IMG/VR virus record: IMGVR_UViG_3300012948_000295
Location: 1-55,645 of that record
Reading direction: 5' to 3' (one strand)
Source: a virus
Lineage: Duplodnaviria; Caudoviricetes
Length of the DNA: 55,645 nt
In this document: positions 1 through 9,818 of the stretch, piece after piece
How the letters are laid out: each line of letters begins with the position of its first letter
Position numbering within the stretch: position 1 is the stretch's first letter
Position numbers and translations under genes: made by a program
Notes under the pieces: generated by a model
What the model saw: the letters and a program-made list of their open reading frames with translations, nothing else
Database searches by the model: none
Told to the model about the DNA's origin: nothing

Positions 1-123
1 AAGCAACTGAACGTGCCCCCAACGATTGAGAAGGACGCGCACGGCAAAGACCCGTTTGTGACAATACTGCTTGAAAAGAATCTGTCGTTTTACCGTACCC
101 CAAAGATTGTGAAATAGAGGAGA
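1..123. repeat. Terminal direct repeat (circular assembly overlap), copy 1
   Basis: Identical to 55523-55645; contains the 3' end of trbI. Confidence 0.97.
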
Positions 124-128
124 GCCGC

Positions 129-212
129 ATGTTGGCATTGATCATCCTGGTAGCATTCGCTGTCAGCCTTGGCCTTGCCTGTGGCTGGCTCCTGGGTAAA
201 TTCAATCTCTAA
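129..212 (+). CDS. 27-aa hydrophobic peptide between trbI and trbG
   Basis: MLALIILVAFAVSLGLACGWLLGKFNL; GAGGAG upstream; stop overlaps the AAGGAG RBS of the next gene. Confidence 0.45.
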   Translation: MLALIILVAFAVSLGLACGWLLGKFNL

Positions 213-223
213 GGAGACCCCCT

Positions 224-925
224 ATGCATCGCTTCCTGATATTTGCTCTGGCTGTGCCCTTAAGCGCATGTGCTCTCATCCCCAAAGAGGAGATACCCAC
301 CCAACCACCCACACAGGAGAGAGAAAACGTACCCCAGGTAACGCTTGCAGATTTGTTACCGTCTCCCGCACCTATAGAGTGCGTAAACGTGGTCCAGCTT
401 CCAGCCCTGGCAGAGCAACCCCAGCAGGCGAAGAAAGCCACACGAGGGGAGGCGAAGGCTACCCCTGTGGTCTTCAAAGCCGAGAGGCAACCCTCAGCCA
501 CCCAGATCGTCACCACAGCCCAGAAAGACGCCCTGGTGCAACCAGATACGAGTACGTACTTTGGTAAAAGCTTGAACGCCCGATACGTCTATCAGGCAGG
601 CAAAAATTACGAGATTCGGCTTGGCCCTGACGTGACCACAAGCATAACGTTTCCCCCCAAAGAGACACTGTCAATTGGTCTGGCACTGCGGCAAGACGAG
701 TTTTTACACGCGGAAAAAGTTGTAGGGACTGACGAGGCGAAACACGTTGTGGCGATTATTGCCCCGCAGAAGAACGATCAAGGCGAATATCCCAAGGGAA
801 CATACGATGTATCTCTCTTAACCGACGTAGGGCATGAATACCGCTTGCGGCTGATTGTGGGCAAGAGCGAAGAAGCCATGCGAGCAGTCATCTTTGAGAT
901 GCCGACCATGCACGAGGAGAAATAG
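224..925 (+). CDS. trbG: TrbG/VirB9-like T4SS core subunit, lipoprotein, short
   Basis: Lipobox LSAC; YVYQAGKNYEIRLGPDVTTSITFPPKETL resembles the VirB9/TrbG N-domain; follows trbI on the circle. Confidence 0.75.
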   Translation: MHRFLIFALAVPLSACALIPKEEIPTQPPTQERENVPQVTLADLLPSPAPIECVNVVQLPALAEQPQQAKKATRGEAKATPVVFKAERQPSATQIVTTAQKDALVQPDTSTYFGKSLNARYVYQAGKNYEIRLGPDVTTSITFPPKETLSIGLALRQDEFLHAEKVVGTDEAKHVVAIIAPQKNDQGEYPKGTYDVSLLTDVGHEYRLRLIVGKSEEAMRAVIFEMPTMHEEK

Positions 926-927
926 GT

Positions 928-1473
928 ATGCGACCCTTCCTGACATGCTGCATCCTCATATGCCTTGTGGCCACAACCGCCAACGCTGGAGACCTCGCCC
1001 TTGCGTGGGAATATGACGGCCCCGCCGTCAGCAGTTTTCTCGTCACCCTCGTAGGCGTAGGCACGGCACCCGTGCAGGTCACGATAGCGCCCAGCGCGCC
1101 CGGCGCTTGCAATCCGCTGGCAGGGGTGACGCCACGAACGTTTTGTGGTCTCTGGCCAGAGTGCCTCAAGCCTGGTCCCTGGACACTCACCGTGCAGGCC
1201 ATTGCCGGAAGCCAGCAGAGCGCCCCGAGCGTGCCCATGACCTGCACAGTGGATGCTGCCAACCCCTGTGCGTGTACGATGGGCCTTGTCCCGACTCCGC
1301 CTGCTCTGGTTTCCTCCACAGACACATCTGTGCCTGTGACCACACAACCAGCAACGCAGGCGCAACCAGTACCGTTTGCTGTCCAGGCGCAGCCCCAAGC
1401 GCCAGCAGCGGCGTTGTCGCCGCTCTTGCTCAGCCTCAGAAGTCCATCAGTCCCAACAGTCACCCCTACATGA
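928..1473 (+). CDS. Secreted Cys-rich beta-sandwich (Fn3-like) protein with Pro/Thr tail
   Basis: Signal peptide ending ANA; LAWEY...WTLTVQA pattern; paired Cys. Confidence 0.6.
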   Translation: MRPFLTCCILICLVATTANAGDLALAWEYDGPAVSSFLVTLVGVGTAPVQVTIAPSAPGACNPLAGVTPRTFCGLWPECLKPGPWTLTVQAIAGSQQSAPSVPMTCTVDAANPCACTMGLVPTPPALVSSTDTSVPVTTQPATQAQPVPFAVQAQPQAPAAALSPLLLSLRSPSVPTVTPT

Positions 1474-1516
1474 CACTAACATGCGGGCATGGCATGCTCG
1501 CAAAGAAGGGAAGATT

Positions 1517-2533
1517 ATGTATCGCTGGTTTCTCACGCTGCCCCTTGTCCTGCTTCCCGTGGTCACCGCCGCCGCCACCTTCGACGTGTCCGCTGGCGGC
1601 AGTATCGCCCAGGCCCTAAGCCGCATGGGCTCAGGCGATACCCTCACGATTCATGGAGGCACCTACGAGGAAAACAACCTCCAGCCCTCGAGCGGCTCGA
1701 CCGTGCAAGGCGCCCCAGGGGAACGTGTGGTCCTGCGTCCCTCCGGAAATACGGCGCCAGGCTTTGACCTCGGCACAGCTACCAATATCACGATCCGCAA
1801 CCTCACGATTGACGGCAGTGGAGGCGGGATCAGTTACGGGATTCGCATGGATGGGCAGAGTAATCTTGTCGAGAACGTGGACATTGCGAACGTGCAGAAT
1901 CAGGGCATTGCCATCTACTGTGCCGGCGGCAATGCCCATAATGGCTGTGGCCATGGGGGCAATACTCTCCGCAATGTGCACGTGCATGGCTCTGGCAGTG
2001 GCGGGTGTCACGGCACCACCGCCAAAGACGGCTACTGCCATGGCGTCTACGTGTACAGCGATGATAACGTGATTGATGGCGGGGAGTTCGACCACAATAA
2101 TGGCTGGGGTATCCAGCTCTATGGCTCCAATGAGACGGTAACGAATGTTACCGTCCATGAGAATGTCTCAGGGGGCATGACCGTTCCAGGCAGCGTCAAT
2201 GCCTCCAATAGTCTCTTTACCAACAACCAGGGGGCAGGCGTCTGGAGCCAGTACGGGGATTCCCGCTACGACAGCCTAACGCTAACGGGCAACGGTGGGC
2301 CAGGGCTGTATTTTCAGGCTGGCACCTCGTCACGCAGCGTTGCCGTGAATATCCGTGCCGAGGGCAATAGCCCGAATGTGCAGAACGATACAGGGGCGTC
2401 AGTCACGCCGGGGGGCAGTGGGGCGTCTCTCGTGCCAGGACAACCGAGCGCTGGCTTGCCAGTTCCAGCGCTTCCCACAGCGCCAACGCCCCTCCCCGCG
2501 CCGACACAACTGCGGGCCATGGTACGGCCCTGA
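1517..2533 (+). CDS. Secreted right-handed beta-helix (pectin-lyase fold) protein
   Basis: Signal peptide; SIAQAL..GDTLTIHGGTYEE; NITIRNLTIDG; paralogue of the N-domain of 5051-7723. Confidence 0.85.
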   Translation: MYRWFLTLPLVLLPVVTAAATFDVSAGGSIAQALSRMGSGDTLTIHGGTYEENNLQPSSGSTVQGAPGERVVLRPSGNTAPGFDLGTATNITIRNLTIDGSGGGISYGIRMDGQSNLVENVDIANVQNQGIAIYCAGGNAHNGCGHGGNTLRNVHVHGSGSGGCHGTTAKDGYCHGVYVYSDDNVIDGGEFDHNNGWGIQLYGSNETVTNVTVHENVSGGMTVPGSVNASNSLFTNNQGAGVWSQYGDSRYDSLTLTGNGGPGLYFQAGTSSRSVAVNIRAEGNSPNVQNDTGASVTPGGSGASLVPGQPSAGLPVPALPTAPTPLPAPTQLRAMVRP

Positions 2534-2614
2534 GTGCAGCGATGGACAAGCCAGCGTGCTACACTACACGAGGGGAAACACATTACAAGTGGTGTAGCAC
2601 AAGGGGGAAATACC

Positions 2615-3289
2615 ATGCAACGACTGGGATTTGCTGTGCTTGGACTCATGCTATGGGCAGGGAGTGTGGCAGCAGAGCAAACAATCGTCTGGCAGACCGC
2701 GACAGTGCCGACTTGCACGCCATCAAGTAGCTATGCCGGTGGGACAACGGCCTATCTGGAATGGGGGCCAGCAGGGACGATGCCAGCAGGCATGACCCCT
2801 GTAGGATATATACCGGAGCAACAGATTGGCGCGGGGGCATGGACCCCACTTCCCAGCGTCAATTACCAGACAACGCGCACGACAGTAGGGCCGCTGAGGC
2901 AAGAAGGGATGTATACTTTTCGTGTCAAAACACGGGCGAAAAAAGGCACGCAGACGATGGATTCCGCCTATGGGCCGGCCGGGGTACCCGCTCCCTGCTT
3001 ACAGGTAGTTGCGCCTGCGACGCAGCCACTCGTTCTCAGCGCCAAACCGTCCTGCGGGGCCACCTGCGTAGAACTGCGCTGGAATGCCACAGCGCCGATG
3101 GACCGCTTTACCATGCAACGCTCGAATCCGCAGGACCCAAGCGAGGCCGTCCAGACGAACGCGTATCCGATTATTGGTTCGAGTGCCAATGACGACACTG
3201 TACGGGCTGGCCGATCATATTGCTACCAGGTGGCACCAGAAGGCAGCACTGTTTGGAGCAATAAAGATTGCCTCACGCTCAGCCCGTAA
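2615..3289 (+). CDS. Secreted fibronectin-III-like protein
   Basis: Signal peptide; LEW..YTFRVK and VELRWNA..DDTVRAGRSYCYQV Fn3-type motifs. Confidence 0.7.
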   Translation: MQRLGFAVLGLMLWAGSVAAEQTIVWQTATVPTCTPSSSYAGGTTAYLEWGPAGTMPAGMTPVGYIPEQQIGAGAWTPLPSVNYQTTRTTVGPLRQEGMYTFRVKTRAKKGTQTMDSAYGPAGVPAPCLQVVAPATQPLVLSAKPSCGATCVELRWNATAPMDRFTMQRSNPQDPSEAVQTNAYPIIGSSANDDTVRAGRSYCYQVAPEGSTVWSNKDCLTLSP

Positions 3290-3326
3290 CTAGACGCGCA
3301 TATCCCTACCAGGTAGCAGTTGAGCG

Positions 3327-4379
3327 TCACTCCCTCCGATAGCGGCGCTGGTGCCGCCGCGGGGTATCCGTGGGCACGAGAAGAAAGGCATGGGGCTCTC
3401 CATTCAGAGTTCCCGTGCCCACAATGCGCCCAGTCTCACTGATGCCCACGGCTATTTCGAGCAGCCAGTCCCCCGTAGGAATCAGGGTATTGAGATCAAC
3501 AAAACGGTCATACTGATGGCGCAGAGCCCGAGCGCAGCAAATCCCAGGAGGAAGCGCCATGAAGCCCACCGCCACACCGGCGCTATTGACGGCGGTAAGA
3601 ACTGTTGCGTCCTGGCCAGGGATAATACCCAATTCCTCCAGTCCATCCGTCGGCGTCCAGCGAAAAGCCCCACTATCAAGTTCCCCGACCACTTCCCCGC
3701 TGTCACTGAGACCCAGGGCATTGCTATGCACCAAAGCCTCTGGAGTCAAGTCTACTGGCGCACTGCCATCTGCTGGCCACAGCGTGGCATGGATGCCAAA
3801 GCCTGCCAGCATGGATTGGCCTACTTTGGTGCCCGTCTGATTGATGGCCGTGATCGAGCCACGCACCCCGCCCAGGGTAGGCCGGGTTTGCGGACCCCCG
3901 CCAGCACGGAGCCAGAGGCAAGGAACTGGTTCGCCAAGAGCCTGCTCACAGGCGCCCACAATTTCTGTGCCATTGACTGCCGCGGCCGTAGAGGTCAGGG
4001 TGGGATCACTGTTCAGCGTGCCTAGATCAGTGAGGGTATTACTCGTCAGATCAAGAAGCAGGGCATGAGTCTGCAAGGCCCCTGGCCCGGTACTGCCCAC
4101 ACCCACGGCTACGGTGCCATCACCCCCGAAAAGTTCACTGGAAAATCCGCCTGGCAACACACCACTGAGGCGCGCCGGTTGGCCTTGTTGGACAAGAACC
4201 CCCTGATCGCCCAGTTTGCCCACCACGAGAGGCGGGTCCACATGGGTCACCAGGTGCAAGAGCCGCACCTGCGCCCCCAAGTCCACCACAGTATATTCAA
4301 TAGGGCCAGCCTGGACCTGGCCTATGATGAACCCGAAGATCAGCAGGGGCAGACTCCCTCTGCGAATGTAGCAGTGCAT
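3327..4379 (-). CDS. Secreted HAF-repeat extracellular protein
   Basis: Signal peptide; DLGTL, AINQTGTKVG, GAFRW, DLNTLIP..GISETGRIVG..HAFLL repeats. Confidence 0.85.
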   Translation of the reverse strand: MHCYIRRGSLPLLIFGFIIGQVQAGPIEYTVVDLGAQVRLLHLVTHVDPPLVVGKLGDQGVLVQQGQPARLSGVLPGGFSSELFGGDGTVAVGVGSTGPGALQTHALLLDLTSNTLTDLGTLNSDPTLTSTAAAVNGTEIVGACEQALGEPVPCLWLRAGGGPQTRPTLGGVRGSITAINQTGTKVGQSMLAGFGIHATLWPADGSAPVDLTPEALVHSNALGLSDSGEVVGELDSGAFRWTPTDGLEELGIIPGQDATVLTAVNSAGVAVGFMALPPGICCARALRHQYDRFVDLNTLIPTGDWLLEIAVGISETGRIVGTGTLNGEPHAFLLVPTDTPRRHQRRYRRE

Positions 4380-4439
4380 TGCATCTCCTTTTCCTATGCT
4401 CTGTACTCTCTGGTTCGCTTCTGACGAGAAAGGATTGCC

Positions 4440-4868
4440 ATGATACCACGCTGGGTCTTTGTTGACGAGCAGCGGTCACGGCGGGCGCGGCGGGCGCGCT
4501 GGTCCTGGGATGCCAAGTCCCAGGCCATGCGCAGACTGCGCCTCGCTCTACGTGCCTGTGGCGTGCAGCAGCCCATGCTGCTGCTGTACCTCTGGCGCGA
4601 CGACGGGACCCCTGACACCTTTGTGGCCATTCAACTGCGCCTGGGCCACGCCCTAGCGGGCTGGCAATTGGTGGGCCTGGGCACGAAGGTGCAGTACGAA
4701 CTGGCGCGGCTAGGACTGCCCTACCAAGCTATGATCAGTCCGACCACCAGAGGCCATATGCGTGACCAGGCCCGATACAGGGCCCATGTGGCTTCAGTTC
4801 TGGGTCTTACGGCAGCTTATGCTGTGGCAAGCCCGAAAGGTCCACATCCCCACCCAAACGCCAGTTGA
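4440..4868 (+). CDS. Hypothetical protein
   Basis: 142-aa ORF with AAGGA RBS; no recognisable motif. Confidence 0.4.
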   Translation: MIPRWVFVDEQRSRRARRARWSWDAKSQAMRRLRLALRACGVQQPMLLLYLWRDDGTPDTFVAIQLRLGHALAGWQLVGLGTKVQYELARLGLPYQAMISPTTRGHMRDQARYRAHVASVLGLTAAYAVASPKGPHPHPNAS

Positions 4869-5046
4869 TGCAGTCATGCAGAGCGGCAGTACCTGTGACA
4901 GTAACGGTATAGCGCAAGCCAAAAGGCAACATGTTCACGGACACAATACACGCAGAGACATGCGCTTCTTCGAGCACACGCGCGTAATGGGGCATGGTCC
5001 AGCAGCCGCCCAGGCTCAGCATACCCAGGAGCAGGAGCCAGCGCAT
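4807..5046 (-). CDS. Small lipoprotein, last gene of the virion operon
   Basis: MRWLLLLGMLSLGGC lipobox; directly follows the 5051 gene. Confidence 0.6.
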   Translation of the reverse strand: MRWLLLLGMLSLGGCWTMPHYARVLEEAHVSACIVSVNMLPFGLRYTVTVTGTAALHDCINWRLGGDVDLSGLPQHKLP

Positions 5047-5050
5047 GCCC

Positions 5051-7723
5051 CTACCTCCGCCGCAGGTTTGGCGCACTCTGCCAAGGATTAACCAGCCGCA
5101 GTGCTCCCGGCGGCGGGGGCGCAGCCACGACAAACTCAAACGCGCCGGCATCATAGCCACTGCCCTGTGGACGTGTATTCCCCTCAAAATCAAGGGGCAC
5201 TGCAGCGAGTGTCACCCCAATATCCAAGGCCGGGCTATTGCTTTGCAAGTGAAAGTCGCCCGTCGCGGCATTCACAAACTGGGGATTGCCGACCACCGCG
5301 CACCCGGTACCAGCGGCAGTACACACATTCCCGGCAAAGGTTGGGCTTGGGGAGGCATTACTGATCCCCCCCGTCGTGGCCACAATGTTATTTTGTGCAC
5401 TGACCCCAGTAATATCTGCGTCGAATTGCAGACCCGCAGTGGTTAGGTTGGCAATCGTATTGTTGAAAATCTGGGCGCTATTTTCGCCTTGCTGAAGGTG
5501 CAGGCCGCTACCGTCGAGGATATTGTTCATCGCCAGGAGACCCGTGCCTGACAAGGCCTCAATAGCCCACTGTGGGGTGCCAGCCGCCGCATGGATGCGG
5601 TTACTATCAATGGTAGTGTTGCTATTAAAGGCGACCCCAGCATTACTTGAGCTGATCACAATGCCCCGCCCAGTAAACCCCGACAGGTCATTATGCTGCA
5701 CAAAGGAGCCAGCTACCTCCATAATACGCAAGAGCCCGACATTCTGGGTGTTGTTTTGCAAGGTATTGCTGACCAGTTGGTGATTCGGACTCTCTACCTG
5801 GATAATCGCCCGCCCACTATTTTTGAGCGTCATATCCTGCAATTTAATATGGTGTGAGGCATTAAAGAAATAGACGACGTGGTCGCCGGTGCCACCGGCA
5901 TCAATCGTTATACCCTGGAATACGATATACTGACTGGTGCTGGCCTGGAGCACCACGGCGACCTGCGTACTGGAGAGGGTAGGCGCCCACGTCACCACCT
6001 CGCCACTGTAGCGGCTAATGGTGGTAGGAGCGGCAAAGCTAGAGCCCCCAGGGATGGCAAAGACGGTATCATCGACAATCTCAGTATACGTGCCCGCACG
6101 GTAGAAGAAAGTGGAGCCGCCCAGAGCACACTGAACGGCAGTGGCCAGAGTCGCCAGCGGGGTTGCTGGCGCCGTCGCTTGCGCACAGGTTCGCGTATCA
6201 TCGCCCGTCACCGCACCACTGCTGGGTCCAATATAGTAGGTGCCCAGGGCTGGAGTTCGAGAAATGGCTGAGTAGGTCACAGTCAGGGTATCGGTAGCCG
6301 TCTGGCTCTGGGCATCGCTGGCCGTGACAGTAATGGCATTGGAGCCACTGGTGAGCGGGATGCTGGCGACACTCCAGGTGACCGACGTACCACTGCTGCC
6401 ACAACTAGGACAGGAAACGGTAGGGGTCCCACAGGAGGGCGAGCAGCTCACGCTAACGCTTGTCACCCCAACATCATCTGTCGCCGTCCCAGCCAGGGTA
6501 GTGAGGGGGGTAGTTGAGGTACCATATGTTGTACCACTCGTTGGTGCGGTGATGGTAATGGCCGGGGGGGCGCTGGTGCTGGTGCCACCATACTCATAGG
6601 CCCCAGCATCATAGCAACAGCCCACCGGACGTGCAGCGCCGTCCATGTCAATATTATAGGGAGAGCCCAAGGTTGTGCCCTGATCAATGGCATTCGTTGC
6701 ACTAGAGGTAAGGTGGAAATCCTGAGCTCCGGCATTGACAAATGCCACGCTGGTGGTAACTGTGTTGGCGACAGAGGCCCCGGCATCATTTTGCACGTTG
6801 GGCGAGTTGTTGTTGCTAATCACATTGCGTGCGACACTAGAACTGGACGTTCCTGACTGAAAGTAGAGCCCGCCAGCGCTGTTGCCATAAATGGTGAGAC
6901 TGTAATACGTCGAGGGGTACCACTGGCTCCAGATGCCGTTGCCCTGGTTGCCCCAGAAGATCGAATTGTAGGCGGTCACAGAGGTGGGAACGGTCATGCC
7001 CCCAGAAAAATTGTCATGGCATACCGTGTTGCGTACAATGTTGTTGGCGCCATAGAACTGTAACCCCCAGCCGTTGTTGTGATCCGACTCGACGTTAATG
7101 ACACTATTGCCATCACTATAGTCATAGATACCGTGACAATACCCAGGCTGTGCCGTGGTGCCGTGACACCCAGTACTGCCCTGGCCGCTGTGGTGAATAT
7201 GGCTATTTTTAACCGTATTGTTACCCGCGCCGCAGCCAACGGCATTGGAATCACAAAACATGGCAATGCCTTGATTCCGGGCATAGGCGATTTCCACATC
7301 GTCAACAGTTGAGCCCGAGTTGGCGATGATACGCATGCCATAGCTAAAGACCTCACTGGCTCCATCACAGGTAAGGGATTTGATCGTGACGTTCGTGGTA
7401 CCACTCAGAATTTCGAAACAGGGATTGTTACTCCCGGCTGTAGGACGAATAATCGTTCCAGCCCTGGACTCGCCCTGCACAGTGGTACCCGACTTGGGGA
7501 AGAAGTTATTCTGGTCATAGGTGCCGGCGTGGATGAGGACCGTATCGCCACTCGTCGAGTTGTTAATTGCCTGGGTGATGCTGGAGCAGGGCGAGCCAGA
7601 AGTGCAGGCCGTGCCGCCTCCGCCAGACGCAACAACATGATAGGTTGCCGCCACCGCCAGGGAAGGGAGTAGCAGGACCAGGAAGAAAAGCCAACAGCGC
7701 GGCCAGGTCACAGAGCAAGACAT
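5051..7723 (-). CDS. Secreted multidomain protein: beta-helix, Ig-like, beta-helix, with choice-of-anchor-Q-like ends
   Basis: Signal peptide; GDTVLIHAGTY; DFHL..S.A.D.G...D.GA.E motif twice; PPAITITAPT..GSNAITVTASDA Ig-like domain. Confidence 0.85.
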   Translation of the reverse strand: MSCSVTWPRCWLFFLVLLLPSLAVAATYHVVASGGGGTACTSGSPCSSITQAINNSTSGDTVLIHAGTYDQNNFFPKSGTTVQGESRAGTIIRPTAGSNNPCFEILSGTTNVTIKSLTCDGASEVFSYGMRIIANSGSTVDDVEIAYARNQGIAMFCDSNAVGCGAGNNTVKNSHIHHSGQGSTGCHGTTAQPGYCHGIYDYSDGNSVINVESDHNNGWGLQFYGANNIVRNTVCHDNFSGGMTVPTSVTAYNSIFWGNQGNGIWSQWYPSTYYSLTIYGNSAGGLYFQSGTSSSSVARNVISNNNSPNVQNDAGASVANTVTTSVAFVNAGAQDFHLTSSATNAIDQGTTLGSPYNIDMDGAARPVGCCYDAGAYEYGGTSTSAPPAITITAPTSGTTYGTSTTPLTTLAGTATDDVGVTSVSVSCSPSCGTPTVSCPSCGSSGTSVTWSVASIPLTSGSNAITVTASDAQSQTATDTLTVTYSAISRTPALGTYYIGPSSGAVTGDDTRTCAQATAPATPLATLATAVQCALGGSTFFYRAGTYTEIVDDTVFAIPGGSSFAAPTTISRYSGEVVTWAPTLSSTQVAVVLQASTSQYIVFQGITIDAGGTGDHVVYFFNASHHIKLQDMTLKNSGRAIIQVESPNHQLVSNTLQNNTQNVGLLRIMEVAGSFVQHNDLSGFTGRGIVISSSNAGVAFNSNTTIDSNRIHAAAGTPQWAIEALSGTGLLAMNNILDGSGLHLQQGENSAQIFNNTIANLTTAGLQFDADITGVSAQNNIVATTGGISNASPSPTFAGNVCTAAGTGCAVVGNPQFVNAATGDFHLQSNSPALDIGVTLAAVPLDFEGNTRPQGSGYDAGAFEFVVAAPPPPGALRLVNPWQSAPNLRRR

Positions 7724-7731
7724 AGGCACTC

Positions 7732-8628
7732 CTATGGCCGCGCCCTTGGCGGCTTGAAAAAGAGCAGAAATTGGGAATTGCCAGGAGACACGGCTTGGAA
7801 CAGCACAGCTCGCAGGCCAGGAAAGACAAGCATTCCAGGGTCTCCCAGGCGTGAGAGGGTATAAACCTCCCAGATCTCTTTACCAGGGAGCAAGCGATTC
7901 CAAATTCGCACATCATCCATGGCGCCGTGAAAGGCCCGTGAAAATGACTCATTGCTACCAATGTATAGTGTACTATTGTTATCACTGCTGGCAGTCCCTA
8001 CTGGGGTCGTATTCACCGTGACACTCCCGGCATTGAAGCCATTGACATAGAATATCGGGAGGTTGCTGGTGCTGGTACGGTCATAACTCATACAGATGTG
8101 GGTCCAGGTATTCAGGGGAAAGAGACCCGCGACGTTCCAGGATCCCCCAGTAGTAGAAAAGTCATAATTGAGTTGCACCCCATTGCCATTATAAAAGAGC
8201 ATCCAGCCCGTGTTGTCGAACTTGTTAATAATGCGACCCGCACTGCTGCCCCCATAATCAATGGGATTGGTCCAGACGCAGACAGTTTTCTGATCCTGGT
8301 CTGTCACCCCGGAAGGCTTCCCCATATTAACAATATCATCGACCCCATCAAAGTTTAGTTGCCCCACGCCGCCTGGCCGCGTTGAGCCCGACCAGCCCGA
8401 GGCGCTCCCCACGGCCATATTCGTCAGCGTCCCAGGAAAGCCCCCGACCAGATCATAGAGGGTGAGGCTCCCGGTCCCCCCAGGAATGCCCCGCCACCAG
8501 CCCTGCAAACGCCGCAGGAGGGGATGATCCTTGGCGACCTGGCTAAATTGCTGCGTCTCGCCAAGCGTCACCCCGAGCACAGCAATAGCCAGCACTAGCG
8601 CGACACTGAGGCGACGAGCGAACGACAT
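7732..8628 (-). CDS. LamG/concanavalin-like domain protein with signal peptide
   Basis: LNFDGVDD, NTWTHIC, FYVNG, FHGAMDDVRIWNR. Confidence 0.85.
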   Translation of the reverse strand: MSFARRLSVALVLAIAVLGVTLGETQQFSQVAKDHPLLRRLQGWWRGIPGGTGSLTLYDLVGGFPGTLTNMAVGSASGWSGSTRPGGVGQLNFDGVDDIVNMGKPSGVTDQDQKTVCVWTNPIDYGGSSAGRIINKFDNTGWMLFYNGNGVQLNYDFSTTGGSWNVAGLFPLNTWTHICMSYDRTSTSNLPIFYVNGFNAGSVTVNTTPVGTASSDNNSTLYIGSNESFSRAFHGAMDDVRIWNRLLPGKEIWEVYTLSRLGDPGMLVFPGLRAVLFQAVSPGNSQFLLFFKPPRARP

Positions 8629-8641
8629 GTGTGTGGTCCCT

Positions 8642-9202
8642 TCAGGTATTCTGCATCTGTATGGGCATAGGCGTAAACACACACTTATGCTTGGTGGTCG
8701 AGGTCTCTACGGGTAAGGCGGAGCCATTAAAGAACCCCAGGGCAAAATACCGGGCAGGCAGGTAGATATTACGAAAGGTGGCGATCATGGTGGTATTCGT
8801 GGTAACCTGATCCACCACGAGGGTGCCAATCCAAGTGAGGTTGCGGCGCTTATCCGACGTGGCCCACGCGGCATTGGCGGTTACACCGCCATCCAGCGTA
8901 GCGCCATCCTGCGACGTGACAACGTAATATTCCAGACCCTGGCCAACCACATTGGTGCCAGTGAGGGAAATCGAGCACTGTGCCTGGAATAACGAGACAT
9001 GCGCTCCCGCACCCAGATCGGACAGAGCTGAGGTCTGTCCGCCCCCACTCGCCTTGGCACTGAAGGCCATGGTGACCGTACCACCCGAATCAGCAAAGGT
9101 AATCGCGGTGCCTGGCAGGGTCCACTGGGTAGAGGTAGCCCAGGCCACCATCGGCGACAAGAAGAGGGCAAAGGCCAGAGCAAGGGCAAGGTGTTTACGC
9201 AT
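8642..9202 (-). CDS. Tail-cluster beta-sandwich protein with signal peptide
   Basis: MRKHLALALAFALFLSPMVAWA; position in tail cluster. Confidence 0.65.
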   Translation of the reverse strand: MRKHLALALAFALFLSPMVAWATSTQWTLPGTAITFADSGGTVTMAFSAKASGGGQTSALSDLGAGAHVSLFQAQCSISLTGTNVVGQGLEYYVVTSQDGATLDGGVTANAAWATSDKRRNLTWIGTLVVDQVTTNTTMIATFRNIYLPARYFALGFFNGSALPVETSTTKHKCVFTPMPIQMQNT

Positions 9203-9211
9203 GGTCAATCC

Positions 9212-9811
9212 CTATGGCAACGGCACGTTGTCTATAGCGTGGGCAACGTCCAGGCTACTGATGAGTCCTTCATACCCAAGATTCGCTGGCGTCGCTGTCG
9301 AACCATTGCCCGAGCCCTGGATAATCAAGAGGGCCTCGCCCCGCAGTGCCTGACGCCTGGACAGCGAGAGCAAAAAGGCTTGTTGCGCAGCCGGTGCCCC
9401 TTGCCCACTAAAAATCTTGGTAAAGGCAGCCCGTGTCTGGCTGAGACTGGGGTTGACGATGCCGGGATGCATCATGGTATTCCAGGCATCGCGTTCCTGC
9501 ACGGATTGCTGAAGAAACGTAGTCCAGTTCCAGGTTGAACTATCCGGACTGACGGCCTCATAGATTTCTTTTTCGGGCATACTGGAACGCCACACCCAAA
9601 AAGCCGGGCTGGCCAGCGCGTTATATTTCGCCGCAAGACTGGCCCAATTTTTGGCGGCAACGTCAGCCGCCATTTCCGCCTGATTGGTCACCAGGATATC
9701 GTTGCGCAGGACATCATACTGCGCCGGCGTGAGACCGACGGCCCAGACATGCAGAGGCACAGCGAGCAGCAGGAGAAGCCCTATGACCTGGGGAAGCTTT
9801 GTACCATTCAT
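9212..9811 (-). CDS. Conserved phage tail-cluster protein with signal peptide
   Basis: LTPAQY..L..DI, YNALASPAFWVWRS, GSTATPANLGYEG; hydrophobic N-terminus ending VWA. Confidence 0.65.
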   Translation of the reverse strand: MNGTKLPQVIGLLLLLAVPLHVWAVGLTPAQYDVLRNDILVTNQAEMAADVAAKNWASLAAKYNALASPAFWVWRSSMPEKEIYEAVSPDSSTWNWTTFLQQSVQERDAWNTMMHPGIVNPSLSQTRAAFTKIFSGQGAPAAQQAFLLSLSRRQALRGEALLIIQGSGNGSTATPANLGYEGLISSLDVAHAIDNVPLP

Positions 9812-9818
9812 GTCATCC

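Noticed and set aside
1-123. Biological terminal repeat or att site
   Set aside because: It falls inside trbI and is best explained as the assembler's circular overlap
1517-7723. Diversity-generating retroelement or invertible tail cassette suggested by the inverted paralogues
   Set aside because: No reverse transcriptase or invertase; divergence is not adenine-specific
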